From the sequence record OZ035850: DNA of 64,000 bases; one strand, written 5' to 3'. A program made the position numbers and the translations under genes. Below, piece after piece: positions 12,014 to 23,134 of this stretch (positions within the stretch are counted from its first letter, which is position 1; each line of letters opens with the position of its first letter). Source of the DNA: Escherichia phage vB_Eco_TB37. Below the pieces are notes generated by a model. The model saw only the letters and a program-made list of their open reading frames with translations. It did not search any database and was not told the DNA's origin.

Positions 12014-12694
12014 TTATTTTAATGTTACGAAAGAAGAATTGCGTGTTTCACGAATTAAAACTGATCCGTCACGGTTAATGTAATAAATTAAGCTAAATAA
12101 AGTTTGGTGTGCTGACGCGTGTTCAAAACTAGTTGGGTGAGATTTCCAATCAGGAGTTTCAGCAATCCATTGATAAATCCACCAAGGAACAGTGCAGAAT
12201 CCTGGATTTTTTCCAATCAGCTGAAGATTTGGGCTAAAGTTTTCTGGAAGAGTAAATACAGACGGCTTTTCAGATTCAATAATCTCAGCTACAGCCTGTT
12301 CGAATTTTTCTTCAACAAAAGGAGTATCTTCAATCAAAACATCGGTATTTTCAGGAATTTTATCCGTTTCTACTACTTCAATTTTAATGTCAGATTTAAC
12401 CGGAGAATCAATCAGAAGTGCTGCCTCTGGATTGACTTCTTCATCGTCATATTTTAATCCGTCTGCAGCATCAGCAGCATCAATTAAGTCTTTAATAGAT
12501 AACCCATCAGTCTCTGGCATAGGTTCACTAGCGAGCTTCTGGAGGGCTTCTTCAATATCATTAACGATATTATCAAAAGATTTATTCTTTTTGACCTTTA
12601 TACCAAACTGTTCAGCATATTCAGCTAATTTAGCTTTAGCTTCTTTATTATCATCAAGAGCCTTCAGCTCTGCAATATAATCTTTATCTATCAT
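12014..12694 (-). CDS. inh: Inhibitor of prohead protease Inh
   Basis: 226 aa, position between hoc and uvsW. Confidence 0.8.
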   Translation of the reverse strand: MIDKDYIAELKALDDNKEAKAKLAEYAEQFGIKVKKNKSFDNIVNDIEEALQKLASEPMPETDGLSIKDLIDAADAADGLKYDDEEVNPEAALLIDSPVKSDIKIEVVETDKIPENTDVLIEDTPFVEEKFEQAVAEIIESEKPSVFTLPENFSPNLQLIGKNPGFCTVPWWIYQWIAETPDWKSHPTSFEHASAHQTLFSLIYYINRDGSVLIRETRNSSFVTLK

Positions 12695-12707
12695 AATATT
12701 TCCTCAG

Positions 12708-12715
12708 TATAAATA
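12708..12715 (+). promoter_or_regulatory. Late promoter motif upstream of uvsW
   Basis: Exact TATAAATA 30 nt upstream of ATG. Confidence 0.65.
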
Positions 12716-12744
12716 TAGATATATTTATTACATGGTATTTAGAC

Positions 12745-14256
12745 ATGACTGACATTAAAGTACATTTTTATGATTTTAGTCACGTGAGAATTGATTGTGA
12801 AGAAAGTACATTTCATGAACTCCGTGATTTCTTTAGCTTTGAAGCTGATGGGTATCGTTTTAATCCGAAATACAAATATGGCCACTGGGATGGACGAATC
12901 CGTCTTTTAGATTATAATCGTCTTCTTCCATTCGGCTTAGTCGGGCAAATTAAAAAGTTCTGTGATAACTTTGGCTATAAAGCCTGGATTGACCCACAGA
13001 TTAACGAAAAAGAAGAATTATCAAGAAAAGATTTTGATGAATGGCTTTCTAAATTAGAAATCTATTCAGGAAATAAAAGAATTGAACCGCACTGGTATCA
13101 AAAAGATGCAGTGTTCGAAGGATTAGTTAATCGTCGTAGAATTCTTAATCTTCCAACATCTGCAGGTAAATCTTTAATTCAAGCTTTGCTTGCGCGATAT
13201 TATTTGGAAAATTATGAAGGTAAAATTCTTATCATTGTTCCAACAACTGCTCTGACAACTCAGATGGCTGATGACTTCGTTGACTATCGTTTATTCAGTC
13301 ATGCAATGATAAAGAAAATTGGTGGCGGAGCATCAAAAGATGATAAATATAAAAATGATGCACCAGTTGTTGTTGGTACATGGCAAACTGTAGTAAAACA
13401 ACCAAAAGAATGGTTCTCACAGTTTGGAATGATGATGAATGATGAATGCCATCTTGCTACAGGAAAAAGTATTTCATCTATCATATCAGGTTTAAATAAC
13501 TGCATGTTCAAATTCGGTTTGTCTGGTTCATTACGTGATGGTAAAGCCAATATCATGCAGTATGTTGGAATGTTTGGTGAAATATTTAAGCCAGTAACGA
13601 CTTCTAAGTTAATGGAAGATGGACAAGTAACTGAGCTAAAAATTAATAGTATTTTTCTTCGCTATCCCGATGAGTTCACTACTAAATTAAAGGGAAAAAC
13701 TTATCAAGAAGAAATAAAAATTATTACGGGGCTCAGTAAAAGAAATAAATGGATCGCTAAATTAGCTATTAAGCTTGCGCAAAAAGATGAAAACGCTTTT
13801 GTCATGTTTAAACATGTATCGCATGGTAAAGCTATTTTCGATTTAATTAAAAATGAATACGATAAAGTTTATTACGTATCAGGGGAAGTTGATACCGAAA
13901 CCCGCAATATAATGAAAACCTTAGCTGAAAATGGTAAAGGAATAATTATAGTAGCTAGTTATGGTGTATTTTCTACTGGTATTTCAGTTAAAAATCTGCA
14001 TCACGTTGTTTTAGCGCACGGTGTTAAATCAAAAATCATTGTATTACAAACAATCGGTCGTGTATTACGTAAGCATGGTTCTAAGACAATAGCAACCGTC
14101 TGGGACCTCATAGATGATTGTGGCGTTAAGCCAAAATCTGCTAATACGAAAAAGAAATATGTTCATTTGAACTATCTTTTAAAACACGGCATTGATCGTA
14201 TTCAGCGCTATGCAGATGAAAAATTTAATTACGTAATGAAAACAGTTAATTTATAA
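12745..14256 (+). CDS. uvsW: UvsW RNA-DNA and DNA helicase (SF2)
   Basis: 503 aa, Walker A-like PTSAGKS and DECH box motifs, late promoter upstream. Confidence 0.9.
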   Translation: MTDIKVHFYDFSHVRIDCEESTFHELRDFFSFEADGYRFNPKYKYGHWDGRIRLLDYNRLLPFGLVGQIKKFCDNFGYKAWIDPQINEKEELSRKDFDEWLSKLEIYSGNKRIEPHWYQKDAVFEGLVNRRRILNLPTSAGKSLIQALLARYYLENYEGKILIIVPTTALTTQMADDFVDYRLFSHAMIKKIGGGASKDDKYKNDAPVVVGTWQTVVKQPKEWFSQFGMMMNDECHLATGKSISSIISGLNNCMFKFGLSGSLRDGKANIMQYVGMFGEIFKPVTTSKLMEDGQVTELKINSIFLRYPDEFTTKLKGKTYQEEIKIITGLSKRNKWIAKLAIKLAQKDENAFVMFKHVSHGKAIFDLIKNEYDKVYYVSGEVDTETRNIMKTLAENGKGIIIVASYGVFSTGISVKNLHHVVLAHGVKSKIIVLQTIGRVLRKHGSKTIATVWDLIDDCGVKPKSANTKKKYVHLNYLLKHGIDRIQRYADEKFNYVMKTVNL

Positions 14257-14281
14257 GGGCTTCGGCCCTTTGGAGAAAAAG

Positions 14282-14512
14282 ATGTTACTAGAATTTAAAC
14301 AATTTCTTTATGAAGCTTCTATTGATGAATTTATGGGTAAAATTGCCTCTTGTCAAACATTAGAAGGTTTAGAAGAACTTGAAGCTTATTATAAGAAAAG
14401 AGTCAAAGAAACTGAATTAAAAGATACTGATGACATCTCTGTGAGAGATGCTTTGGCAGGAAAAAGAGCTGAATTAGAAGATTCAGACGATGAAGTAGAA
14501 GAAAGCTTTTAA
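14282..14512 (+). CDS. uvsW.1: UvsW.1 small acidic protein
   Basis: Track ORF starts at TTG 14270; ATG at 14282 with GGAG RBS gives 76 aa. Confidence 0.75.
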   Translation: MLLEFKQFLYEASIDEFMGKIASCQTLEGLEELEAYYKKRVKETELKDTDDISVRDALAGKRAELEDSDDEVEESF

Positions 14513-14567
14513 ATTAAAAAAGGCCCAACCAAAAAGGAAGGGCCAAAACTATAGACTAAAGGTCACA

Positions 14568-14735
14568 CTATAGCAAAAGTTGTGTTTCATTTAATTGTTC
14601 TTCCGAACTTTCTGAAACTGGTAGTTCTTTAATGTAATTATAGCAAGGCCCAGGATGTACAGGACCTTTGTCTGTTTCAACAACCAATGCAGAATCGATT
14701 GGAGTTTTACAGACAACACAAATCTTATCTGACAT
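14568..14735 (-). CDS. Small Cys-containing protein, 55 aa (position of T4 uvsY.-1), possible zinc ribbon
   Basis: Hand-translated ORF MSDKICVVCKTPIDS...PGPCY not in the 60-aa track; GGAG RBS and late promoter motif upstream. Confidence 0.55.
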   Translation of the reverse strand: MSDKICVVCKTPIDSALVVETDKGPVHPGPCYNYIKELPVSESSEEQLNETQLLL

Positions 14736-14761
14736 GATTGTCTCCTCTGAATTATATATCC

Positions 14762-14769
14762 TATTTATA
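14762..14769 (-). promoter_or_regulatory. Late promoter motif (minus strand) upstream of the 55-aa ORF
   Basis: Plus-strand TATTTATA. Confidence 0.5.
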
Positions 14770-14989
14770 CAACTCTCATATGCATATCAATGCCCATATC
14801 TTTAGAATAAAAATATTCATCAAGATATCCGGCAAATTTTCCTTTAATATAAAGGACATCTTCACCACACGGGTGGTCGGCCAGGATACGAATATCCTGA
14901 CGCTTAAGATTATACTTTTTCATTAAGAATTGAATCTCAGTTTCAAATTCTTCTTCATAATTAAAAGCATCATCAATGCTATATCTCAT
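14765..14989 (-). CDS. Hypothetical protein (position of T4 uvsY.-2)
   Basis: 74-aa ORF, start overlaps uvsY stop (ATGA). Confidence 0.65.
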   Translation of the reverse strand: MRYSIDDAFNYEEEFETEIQFLMKKYNLKRQDIRILADHPCGEDVLYIKGKFAGYLDEYFYSKDMGIDMHMRVV

Positions 14990-15402
14990 TATTTTCCAGC
15001 CTCAAATGCTCGCATGTCTTGAATATGCTTAATAGCAAATCCACGTGATTTAATAGCATCAAGAGCTCCGCTACAGAAATCTAATAAAATCCCCCAATAT
15101 TGTAACGAGGTATCAACCTTTAAAACATCCTTATCAGCTGATAGAACTGTCTTCATTTCTGATTTCTCGTAACGATCCATACTAAATTCATCACCATCTC
15201 CTCGTCCCGAGTAGTAGTCTAATTTAGCTTTAAGAGCAACTTTCTTTTGCGCGTCAATTCTAAGCATTTCCTTTTTAATACTTGAATGCTTATTAAGCCA
15301 TTTACTATATAACATCACATTATTAGCTGCTTCATACTGTAATTTAGTCGAATCTATAAACACATCTTTCTTCAATTCTTCTTGAAGATCTTCTAATTTC
15401 AT
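14989..15402 (-). CDS. uvsY: Recombination mediator UvsY
   Basis: 137 aa, sequence and length as T4 UvsY. Confidence 0.9.
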   Translation of the reverse strand: MKLEDLQEELKKDVFIDSTKLQYEAANNVMLYSKWLNKHSSIKKEMLRIDAQKKVALKAKLDYYSGRGDGDEFSMDRYEKSEMKTVLSADKDVLKVDTSLQYWGILLDFCSGALDAIKSRGFAIKHIQDMRAFEAGK

Positions 15403-15468
15403 ATTGTTCTCTATTCAATTGTTATTGGATGGACTTAGATTCATTATACCACGTTTATACGTGAAGCA

Positions 15469-15867
15469 TTATACTCTATTACTGGAAGCCAGTTGCAGTT
15501 TTATCTGCTCAATATCATCAGGATTATCGATGACTGAAAAGCGTATTTCTACTATCAGAGTATAATCATCATAAACCGGTATTACATTAACTGCTAATTT
15601 ATCAATACGTGGCTCGTAGTTTCTTACTGCGCTTTCAATGTTACGCTCAACAGTATCAGCAGTAAGAGGAGTCATATTCTCAAAAAGCTGATCAGATAAA
15701 TCGCATCCAAATTCTGGGTCAAATGGCCTTGACCCTTTCCTGGTTGTAATAATTCCTAAAAGGCTATTTTTAATTGACCTTAATCCAAGAGATCTTGAAA
15801 CATCTTTGTCCCAATCCATTTTCATTTCTGGGTCAATGTCAGAATAAAGCTTATTAATATTTGCCAT
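15469..15867 (-). CDS. 25: Baseplate wedge protein gp25
   Basis: 132 aa, synteny with gp26. Confidence 0.88.
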   Translation of the reverse strand: MANINKLYSDIDPEMKMDWDKDVSRSLGLRSIKNSLLGIITTRKGSRPFDPEFGCDLSDQLFENMTPLTADTVERNIESAVRNYEPRIDKLAVNVIPVYDDYTLIVEIRFSVIDNPDDIEQIKLQLASSNRV

Positions 15868-16493
15868 TACAATAGCTCAAAGAATTCTTTGAGTCCTCTT
15901 ATTACATGAGCGTGAGTTTTTCCACACTCTGGACACTTAATTGGAACAGCCAAATAAACAGTAGGCTTTAAAAGCATATCTTTTATAGCTACAATATCTG
16001 ACTCTGTGATGATAGAATATAAATCTTCCAATTCTTTTTCATTTAAGTCTTCAACTGGAATGCTTTCACCGTTAGCATGAATCGTTTCTATACATGATAC
16101 TATCATGTGGGCTATATTTTTATCATCAAAAATTTTAGGGTAATGGAACTTAATTTTAATGTCACCCAGTGTATACCAGAGGTCTTCTGGTGCATCTATT
16201 TGTGTATGTAATAGATTTATATGGGTTGATATTTCAGTTCCACAGGTGCACTTCCAGGAGTTTTCGTGATTAACTTCACCGAGAGAATGTGCCCATAAAT
16301 GAATCAACAATAGTTCTGATTCTTGGCGGTTTAAATCTTTTGCATTTGTGCAGTCTTTGATTAGCTTTTTAACAATTACTTCTACGGAACCATTATTTTT
16401 GGCAGTAATAAGTTCTAGATATTCTTTAAGCGTGAATGCGCGACAATTGATTATTTTAGAACCAACTCTCACATCAAATTTGTATTCATACAT
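15867..16493 (-). CDS. 26: Baseplate hub protein gp26
   Basis: 208 aa, divergent from gene 51 with shared late promoter region. Confidence 0.85.
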   Translation of the reverse strand: MYEYKFDVRVGSKIINCRAFTLKEYLELITAKNNGSVEVIVKKLIKDCTNAKDLNRQESELLLIHLWAHSLGEVNHENSWKCTCGTEISTHINLLHTQIDAPEDLWYTLGDIKIKFHYPKIFDDKNIAHMIVSCIETIHANGESIPVEDLNEKELEDLYSIITESDIVAIKDMLLKPTVYLAVPIKCPECGKTHAHVIRGLKEFFELL

Positions 16494-16515
16494 ATTTTAG
16501 CTCCTTTATTTATCA

Positions 16516-16527
16516 TATTTATAAATA
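16516..16527. promoter_or_regulatory. Overlapping divergent late promoter motifs for gene 26 (minus) and gene 51 (plus)
   Basis: TATTTATAAATA holds TATAAATA on both strands. Confidence 0.6.
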
Positions 16528-16544
16528 GAATAAAAGGAGCATCT

Positions 16545-17294
16545 ATGGCAAACATTATTCGTTGTAAATTACCAGATGGTGTTCATCGTTTTAAACCATT
16601 TACGGTAGAAGATTATCGAGATTTTTTGTTAGTTCGAAACGATATAGAACATCGGTCACCACAAGAACAAAAAGAAATAATTACTGATTTAATTGATGAT
16701 TATTTTGGAGACTATCCGAAGACTTGGCAACCATTTATATTTTTGCAGGTATTTGTAGGGTCAATAGGTAAAACAAAAGTACCAGTCACATTCGTATGTC
16801 CAAAATGTAAAAAAGAAAAGACAGTTCCATTTGAAATATACCAAAAAGAATTAAAGGAACCTGTTTTTGATGTAGCTAATGTTAAAATTAAATTAAAGTT
16901 TCCTTCTGAGTTTTATGAAAATAAAGCAAAGATGATTACTGAAAATATTCATTCTGTTCAAGTAGATGAAATTTGGTATGATTGGAAGGAAATTAGCGAG
17001 TCTAGTCAAATAGAACTCGTTGACGCCATCGAGATAGAAACATTAGAACAAATTCTCGATGCAATGAATCCTATTAATTTAACTCTACATATGTCATGCT
17101 GTAATAAGTACATTAAAAAATACACTGATATAGTAGACGTGTTTAAGCTATTAGTTAACCCAGATGAGATATTTACTTTTTATCAAATTAATCACACACT
17201 CGTAAAAAGTAATTATAGCTTAAATTCAATAATGAAAATGATTCCTGCTGAGCGCGGATTCGTATTAAAACTGATTGAGAAGGATAAACAATAA
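16545..17294 (+). CDS. 51: Baseplate hub assembly protein gp51
   Basis: 249 aa, synteny. Confidence 0.85.
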   Translation: MANIIRCKLPDGVHRFKPFTVEDYRDFLLVRNDIEHRSPQEQKEIITDLIDDYFGDYPKTWQPFIFLQVFVGSIGKTKVPVTFVCPKCKKEKTVPFEIYQKELKEPVFDVANVKIKLKFPSEFYENKAKMITENIHSVQVDEIWYDWKEISESSQIELVDAIEIETLEQILDAMNPINLTLHMSCCNKYIKKYTDIVDVFKLLVNPDEIFTFYQINHTLVKSNYSLNSIMKMIPAERGFVLKLIEKDKQ

Positions 17295-18469
17295 TGAGTA
17301 TGTTGCAACGCCCCGGATATCCAAATCTCAGCGTTAAATTATTTGATAGCTACGACGCTTGGAGTAATAATAGATTTGTTGAATTAGCTGCTACTATTAC
17401 TACATTAACTATGCGGGATTCTCTTTATGGCCGAAATGAAGGAATGCTGCAGTTTTATGATTCTAAAAACATCCATACAAAAATGGATGGAAATGAAATA
17501 ATTCAGATTTCTGTAGCTAATGCAAATGATATTAATAATGTTAAAACACGAATTTATGGATGTAAGCATTTTTCAGTGTCAGTAGATTCAAAAGGTGATA
17601 ACATCATTGCTATTGAATTGGGAACTATTCATTCTATAGAAAATCTTAAATTTGGTAGACCATTTTTCCCTGATGCAGGTGAATCTATAAAAGAAATGCT
17701 TGGTGTCATTTATCAGGATCGCACATTATTAACTCCAGCAATAAATGCTATAAATGCTTATGTTCCTGATATTCCATGGACTAGCACATTTGAAAACTAT
17801 TTGTCATATGTAAGAGAAGTTGCTCTAGCTGTAGGAAGCGACAAATTTGTATTTGTATGGCAAGACATCATGGGAGTTAACATGATGGACTATGATATGA
17901 TGATAAATCAAGAACCATATCCAATGATTGTCGGTGAGCCATCTTTAATAGGTCAATTTGTCCAAGAATTAAAATACCCATTAGCATATGATTTTGTTTG
18001 GTTGACTAAATCGAATCCTCACAAACGTGACCCAATGAAAAATGCTACTATCTATGCTCATTCATTTTTAGATTCTTCACTGCCAATGATTACTACAGGA
18101 AAGGGCGAAAACTCTATTGTAGTGTCAAGGTCAGGTGCTTATTCTGAAATGACTTATAGGAATGGATATGAAGAAGCTATTCGTCTTCAAACTATGGCAC
18201 AATATGACGGCTATGCTAAATGTTCTACTGTCGGTAATTTTAACTTGACTCCTGGTGTTAAAATTATTTTTAATGATAGTAAAAACCAATTTAAAACAGA
18301 ATTTTACGTTGATGAAGTTATCCATGAATTATCAAATAATAATTCAGTAACTCATCTTTATATGTTCACTAATGCAACGAAACTGGAAACAATAGACCCA
18401 GTTAAGGTTAAAAATGAATTTAAATCTGATACTACCACTGAAGAAAGTAGTTCTTCCAATAAGCAATAA
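17294..18469 (+). CDS. 27: Baseplate hub protein gp27
   Basis: 391 aa, TAATG-coupled to gene 51. Confidence 0.9.
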   Translation: MSMLQRPGYPNLSVKLFDSYDAWSNNRFVELAATITTLTMRDSLYGRNEGMLQFYDSKNIHTKMDGNEIIQISVANANDINNVKTRIYGCKHFSVSVDSKGDNIIAIELGTIHSIENLKFGRPFFPDAGESIKEMLGVIYQDRTLLTPAINAINAYVPDIPWTSTFENYLSYVREVALAVGSDKFVFVWQDIMGVNMMDYDMMINQEPYPMIVGEPSLIGQFVQELKYPLAYDFVWLTKSNPHKRDPMKNATIYAHSFLDSSLPMITTGKGENSIVVSRSGAYSEMTYRNGYEEAIRLQTMAQYDGYAKCSTVGNFNLTPGVKIIFNDSKNQFKTEFYVDEVIHELSNNNSVTHLYMFTNATKLETIDPVKVKNEFKSDTTTEESSSSNKQ

Positions 18470-18947
18470 AGAAGTTTCTATTCCTAAAATGGGTCTTAAA
18501 CATTATAACATTTTAAAGGATGTTAAAGGTCCTGATGAAAATTTAAAACTTCTTATTGATTCTATTTGTCCGAATTTATCACCGGCAGAAGTTGATTTCG
18601 TTTCTATTCATTTATTGGAATTTAATGGAAAGATTAAATCTCGTAAAGAAATAGATGGCTATACTTATGACATTAATGATGTCTATGTATGCCAAAGATT
18701 GGAATTTCAATACCAAGGAAATACATTTTATTTTAGACCTCCTGGAAAATTTGAACAATTTTTAACGGTGAGCGATATGTTATCTAAATGCTTACTTAAG
18801 GTCAATGATGAAGTTAAAGAAATTAATTTTCTTGAGATGCCAGCATTCGTTTTAAAATGGGCAAATGATATTTTTACAACTTTAGCAATTCCTGGCCCTA
18901 ATGGTCCAATAACTGGAATTGGCAATATTATTGGATTATTTGAATGA
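18414..18947 (+). CDS. 28: Baseplate hub distal subunit gp28
   Basis: 177 aa, overlaps gp27 3' end, synteny. Confidence 0.85.
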   Translation: MNLNLILPLKKVVLPISNKEVSIPKMGLKHYNILKDVKGPDENLKLLIDSICPNLSPAEVDFVSIHLLEFNGKIKSRKEIDGYTYDINDVYVCQRLEFQYQGNTFYFRPPGKFEQFLTVSDMLSKCLLKVNDEVKEINFLEMPAFVLKWANDIFTTLAIPGPNGPITGIGNIIGLFE

Positions 18948-20716
18948 AAAAGCCACAAGAAATGCAAACGATGCGTAGAAAAGTTATTTCAGATAATAAA
19001 CCAACACAGGAAGCGGCTAAATCTGCTTCTAACACTTTATCTGGACTTAATGATATATCTACGAAATTGGATGATACTCAAGCTGCTTCTGAATTAATAG
19101 CTCAAACTGTCGAAGAAAAATCGAATGAAATAGTTGGAGCAATTGGTAACGTAGAAAGCGCAGTGAGTGATACTACTGCCGGTTCTGAGTTAATTGCTGA
19201 AACTGTCGAAATTGGCAACAATATTAATAAAGAAATCGGTGAATCACTCGGAAGCAAATTAGATAAATTAACGAGTTTATTAGAACAAAAAATTCAGACA
19301 GCTGGAATTCAACAGACTGGGACTAGTTTAGCTACAGTTGAAAGCGCTATTCCTGTTAAAGTCGTTGAGGATGATACTGCTGAATCTGTGGGTCCTTTAT
19401 TACCGGCTCCCGAAGCAGTTAATAATGATCCTGACGCTGATTTTTTCCCTACCCCTCAGCCAGTTGAGCCAAAGCAAGAATCACCAGAAGAAAAACAGAA
19501 AAAAGAAGCATTTAACTTAAAATTATCTCAAGCTTTAGATAAATTAACAAAGACAGTTGATTTTGGATTTAAGAAATCCATTTCAATTAGTGATAAAATA
19601 TCAAGCATGTTATTTAAGTACACCATCAGTGCTGCTATTGAAGCTGCTAAAATGACTGCAATGATATTGGCTGTTGTTATTGGAATAGACTTGCTGATGG
19701 TTCATTTTAAATATTGGTCAGATAAATTTTCAAAAGCCTGGGATTTATTTAATACTGACTTTACTAAATTCTCTAGCGAAACCGGAACATGGGGTCCTTT
19801 ATTACAGAGCATCTTTGATTCTATTGATAAAATTAAACAACTTTGGGAAGCGGGAGATTGGGGTGGATTGACAGCAGCTATTGTTGAAGGACTCGGAAGT
19901 GTTCTTTTTAATTTAGGTGAACTTATTCAATTAGGTATGGCTAAATTATCTGCTGCAATTCTTCGAGTCATTCCTGGTATGAAGGATACTGCTGATGAAG
20001 TAGAAGGAAGAGCATTAGAAAATTTCCAAAATTCTACTGGAGCATCTCTCAATAAAGAAGACCAGGAAAAAGTTGCAAATTATCAAGATAAACGAATGAA
20101 TGGAGACCTTGGTCCGATAGCAAAAGGATTAGATAAAATTGCTAATTGGAAAACTCGTGCATCTAATTGGATTCGTGGGGTTGATAATAAAGAAGCACTA
20201 ACTACCGACGAAGAGCGTGCGGCAGAAGAAGAAAAATTAAAGCAACTTTCACCTGAAGAAAGAAAAAATGCTTTAATGAAGGCTAATGAAGCCCGTGCCG
20301 CAATGATTCGCTTTGAAAAATATGCTGATTCAGCTGATATGAGTAAAGACTCAACGGTTAAATCAGTTGAAGCTGCCTATGAAGACCTTAAAAAACGGAT
20401 GGATGACCCGGATTTAAATAATTCACCGGCAGTTAAAAAAGAACTTGCTGCTAGATTTTCTAAAATTGATGCTACTTATCAAGAGCTCAAGAAAAATCAG
20501 CCTAATGCCAAACCTGAAACTTCTGCTAAATCACCAGAAGCGAAACAAGTCCAGGTGATTGAAAAGAACAAAGCACAGCAAGCTCCTGTTCAACAAGCAT
20601 CTCCTTCAATCAATAATACTAATAATGTTATTAAGAAAAATACTGTCGTTCATAATATGACACCCGTAACGAGCACAACTGCTCCTGGTGTATTTGATGC
20701 GACTGGAGTTAATTAA
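18944..20716 (+). CDS. 29: Tail length tape measure / baseplate hub protein gp29
   Basis: 590 aa, extended helical central region, synteny. Confidence 0.9.
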   Translation: MKKPQEMQTMRRKVISDNKPTQEAAKSASNTLSGLNDISTKLDDTQAASELIAQTVEEKSNEIVGAIGNVESAVSDTTAGSELIAETVEIGNNINKEIGESLGSKLDKLTSLLEQKIQTAGIQQTGTSLATVESAIPVKVVEDDTAESVGPLLPAPEAVNNDPDADFFPTPQPVEPKQESPEEKQKKEAFNLKLSQALDKLTKTVDFGFKKSISISDKISSMLFKYTISAAIEAAKMTAMILAVVIGIDLLMVHFKYWSDKFSKAWDLFNTDFTKFSSETGTWGPLLQSIFDSIDKIKQLWEAGDWGGLTAAIVEGLGSVLFNLGELIQLGMAKLSAAILRVIPGMKDTADEVEGRALENFQNSTGASLNKEDQEKVANYQDKRMNGDLGPIAKGLDKIANWKTRASNWIRGVDNKEALTTDEERAAEEEKLKQLSPEERKNALMKANEARAAMIRFEKYADSADMSKDSTVKSVEAAYEDLKKRMDDPDLNNSPAVKKELAARFSKIDATYQELKKNQPNAKPETSAKSPEAKQVQVIEKNKAQQAPVQQASPSINNTNNVIKKNTVVHNMTPVTSTTAPGVFDATGVN

Positions 20717-20724
20717 GGAATAAT

Positions 20725-21819
20725 ATGGCAATTGTTAAAGAAATAACTGCTGATTTAATTAAAAAGTCCGGTGAGAAAATTTCAGCCGGACAGAGTACTA
20801 AATCAGAAGTAGGAACTAAAACATACACTGCCCAGTTTCCAACTGGGCGTGCTAGTGGTAATGACACTACAGGGGACTTCCAGGTAACAGATCTATATAA
20901 GAATGGATTATTATTTACTGCATACAATATGTCATCTAGGGATTCTGGAAGTCTTAGATCGATGAGATCTAATTACTCTTCTTCATCTTCGAGTATTTTA
21001 CGTACAGCTAGAAACACTATTAGTAGTACAGTATCAAAACTATCAAATGGATTAATATCAAATAATAATTCAGGAACAATAAGTAAAGCTCCTATCGCAA
21101 ACATTCTTTTACCGAGATCTAAATCTGATGTTGATACATCATCACATAGATTTAATGATGTTCAAGAAAGCCTTATCAGTAGAGGCGGAGGTACTGCTAC
21201 TGGTGTGCTAAGTAATATTGCTTCAACCGCAGTATTTGGGGCACTGGAAAGTATAACACAAGGTATAATGGCTGATAATAATGAACAGATTTATACGACA
21301 GCCAGAAGTATGTATGGTGGTGCTGAAAATAGAACTAAAGTGTTTACATGGGATTTGACTCCACGTTCAACAGAAGATTTAATGGCTATTATTAATATCT
21401 ATCAGTATTTTAACTATTTTTCTTATGGTGAAACGGGTAAATCTCAATATGCTGCTGAAATAAAGGGATATTTAGATGATTGGTATCGTTCTACGTTAAT
21501 TGAACCTTTATCTCCGGAAGACGCAGCTAAAAATAAAACACTATTTGAGAAAATGACATCGAGTTTAACTAACGTTCTAGTAGTTTCAAACCCGACAGTT
21601 TGGATGGTGAAAAACTTTGGTGCAACATCTAAGTTTGATGGAAAAACGGAAATATTCGGTCCATGTCAAATCCAGAGTATCAGATTTGATAAAACACCTA
21701 ATGGTAACTTTAACGGATTAGCTATTGCTCCAAACCTCCCTAGTACATTTACTCTTGAGATTACTATGAGAGAAATTATCACGTTAAACCGTGCTTCTTT
21801 ATATGCGGGGACTTTTTAA
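20725..21819 (+). CDS. 48: Baseplate tail tube cap gp48
   Basis: 364 aa, synteny. Confidence 0.88.
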   Translation: MAIVKEITADLIKKSGEKISAGQSTKSEVGTKTYTAQFPTGRASGNDTTGDFQVTDLYKNGLLFTAYNMSSRDSGSLRSMRSNYSSSSSSILRTARNTISSTVSKLSNGLISNNNSGTISKAPIANILLPRSKSDVDTSSHRFNDVQESLISRGGGTATGVLSNIASTAVFGALESITQGIMADNNEQIYTTARSMYGGAENRTKVFTWDLTPRSTEDLMAIINIYQYFNYFSYGETGKSQYAAEIKGYLDDWYRSTLIEPLSPEDAAKNKTLFEKMTSSLTNVLVVSNPTVWMVKNFGATSKFDGKTEIFGPCQIQSIRFDKTPNGNFNGLAIAPNLPSTFTLEITMREIITLNRASLYAGTF

Positions 21820-22784
21820 TGTATTCTTTAGAGGAATTTAATAATCAAGCAATAAACGCAGATTTCCAACGTAATAATATGTTTAGCTGCGTTTTTGCGA
21901 CAACTCCATCAACTAAAAGCTCTTCGTTGATAAGTTCAATTAGCAACTTTTCTTATAATAACTTGGGCCTAAATTCAGATTGGTTAGGATTGACTCAAGG
22001 TGATATTAATCAGGGAATTACCACGCTAATTACTGCTGGCACACAAAAACTGATAAGAAAATCAGGGGTTAGTAAATATCTTATTGGTGCCATGAGTCAA
22101 CGTACAGTTCAAAGTTTATTAGGCTCATTTACAGTTGGTACATATTTAATTGACTTCTTTAATATGGCATATAACTCATCTGGATTGATGATATATTCAG
22201 TAAAAATGCCAGAGAATAGATTATCCTATGAAACTGACTGGAACTATAATTCTCCTAATATTCGTATAACTGGGAGAGAATTAGACCCTTTGGTTATTTC
22301 ATTTAGAATGGATTCAGAAGCATGTAACTATCGTGCAATGCAAGACTGGGTTAACGCTGTTCAAGACCCAGTAACTGGATTACGCGCTTTGCCACAAGAT
22401 GTCGAGGCAGATATTCAGGTTAATCTTCATTCTCGCAATGGATTACCTCATACTGCGGTGATGTTCACAGGATGCATTCCAATATCAGTGAGCGCTCCTG
22501 AGTTATCATATGATGGAGATAACCAAATAACTACATTTGATGTTACTTTTGCGTACAGAGTGATGCAGGCTGGAGCAGTTGATAGGCAAGCTGCGCTTGA
22601 ATGGCTTGAATCTGCTGCTATAAATGGTATTCAAAGCGTTCTCGGAAATAGTGGAGGTGTTACTGGACTATCTAATTCGCTTTCACGACTTAGTAGATTA
22701 GGAGGGACTGCTGGAAGCATTTCAAACATTAATACTATGACAGGAATTGTTAATTCGCAGAGTAAAATATTAGGAGCAATATAA
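21819..22784 (+). CDS. 54: Baseplate tail tube initiator gp54
   Basis: 321 aa, TAATG-coupled to 48, followed by terminator hairpin. Confidence 0.88.
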   Translation: MYSLEEFNNQAINADFQRNNMFSCVFATTPSTKSSSLISSISNFSYNNLGLNSDWLGLTQGDINQGITTLITAGTQKLIRKSGVSKYLIGAMSQRTVQSLLGSFTVGTYLIDFFNMAYNSSGLMIYSVKMPENRLSYETDWNYNSPNIRITGRELDPLVISFRMDSEACNYRAMQDWVNAVQDPVTGLRALPQDVEADIQVNLHSRNGLPHTAVMFTGCIPISVSAPELSYDGDNQITTFDVTFAYRVMQAGAVDRQAALEWLESAAINGIQSVLGNSGGVTGLSNSLSRLSRLGGTAGSISNINTMTGIVNSQSKILGAI

Positions 22785-22788
22785 CAAT

Positions 22789-22818
22789 GGGGACCGAAAG
22801 GTCCCCATATTTTTATTT
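22789..22818. terminator. Hairpin terminator after gene 54, shared with convergent minus-strand ORF
   Basis: GGGGACC-GAAA-GGTCCCC then T-tract. Confidence 0.7.
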
Positions 22819-23103
22819 ACGGAATGAAATGAAAGCAGAAACTGAAGCAACTAAACTGTCTTCAATATAAACTTCAATTTTTACCGGAGCTTCTGACTCG
22901 AATTTACCTGTTACTACACCTTGGAAAATACTTTCAGTTTGTTCTGGCTTTGAAAAATTTTCAGAAGGAAAAATTCCGAACTTTTTATCTGTTCCAAAAA
23001 TTTTGATAAATTCATCATAAACTGCTTCATTAAAAGCATTATCAGCAGGAATAACGCCTTCAACTACAAGTTCTTGACCTAAAAAGCGCAAAGAAGATTT
23101 CAT
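22813..23103 (-). CDS. Hypothetical early protein, 96 aa
   Basis: ATG with GAGGA RBS directly downstream of an early-type promoter. Confidence 0.65.
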   Translation of the reverse strand: MKSSLRFLGQELVVEGVIPADNAFNEAVYDEFIKIFGTDKKFGIFPSENFSKPEQTESIFQGVVTGKFESEAPVKIEVYIEDSLVASVSAFISFRK

Positions 23104-23134
23104 TTTGTGTTCCTCATGTTATGTCAGTAAGACT

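Noticed and set aside
22813-23103. 96-aa ORF as Arn
   Set aside because: A better Arn candidate (92 aa, acidic, beside asiA) is at 62501..62779, so this ORF is left as hypothetical.
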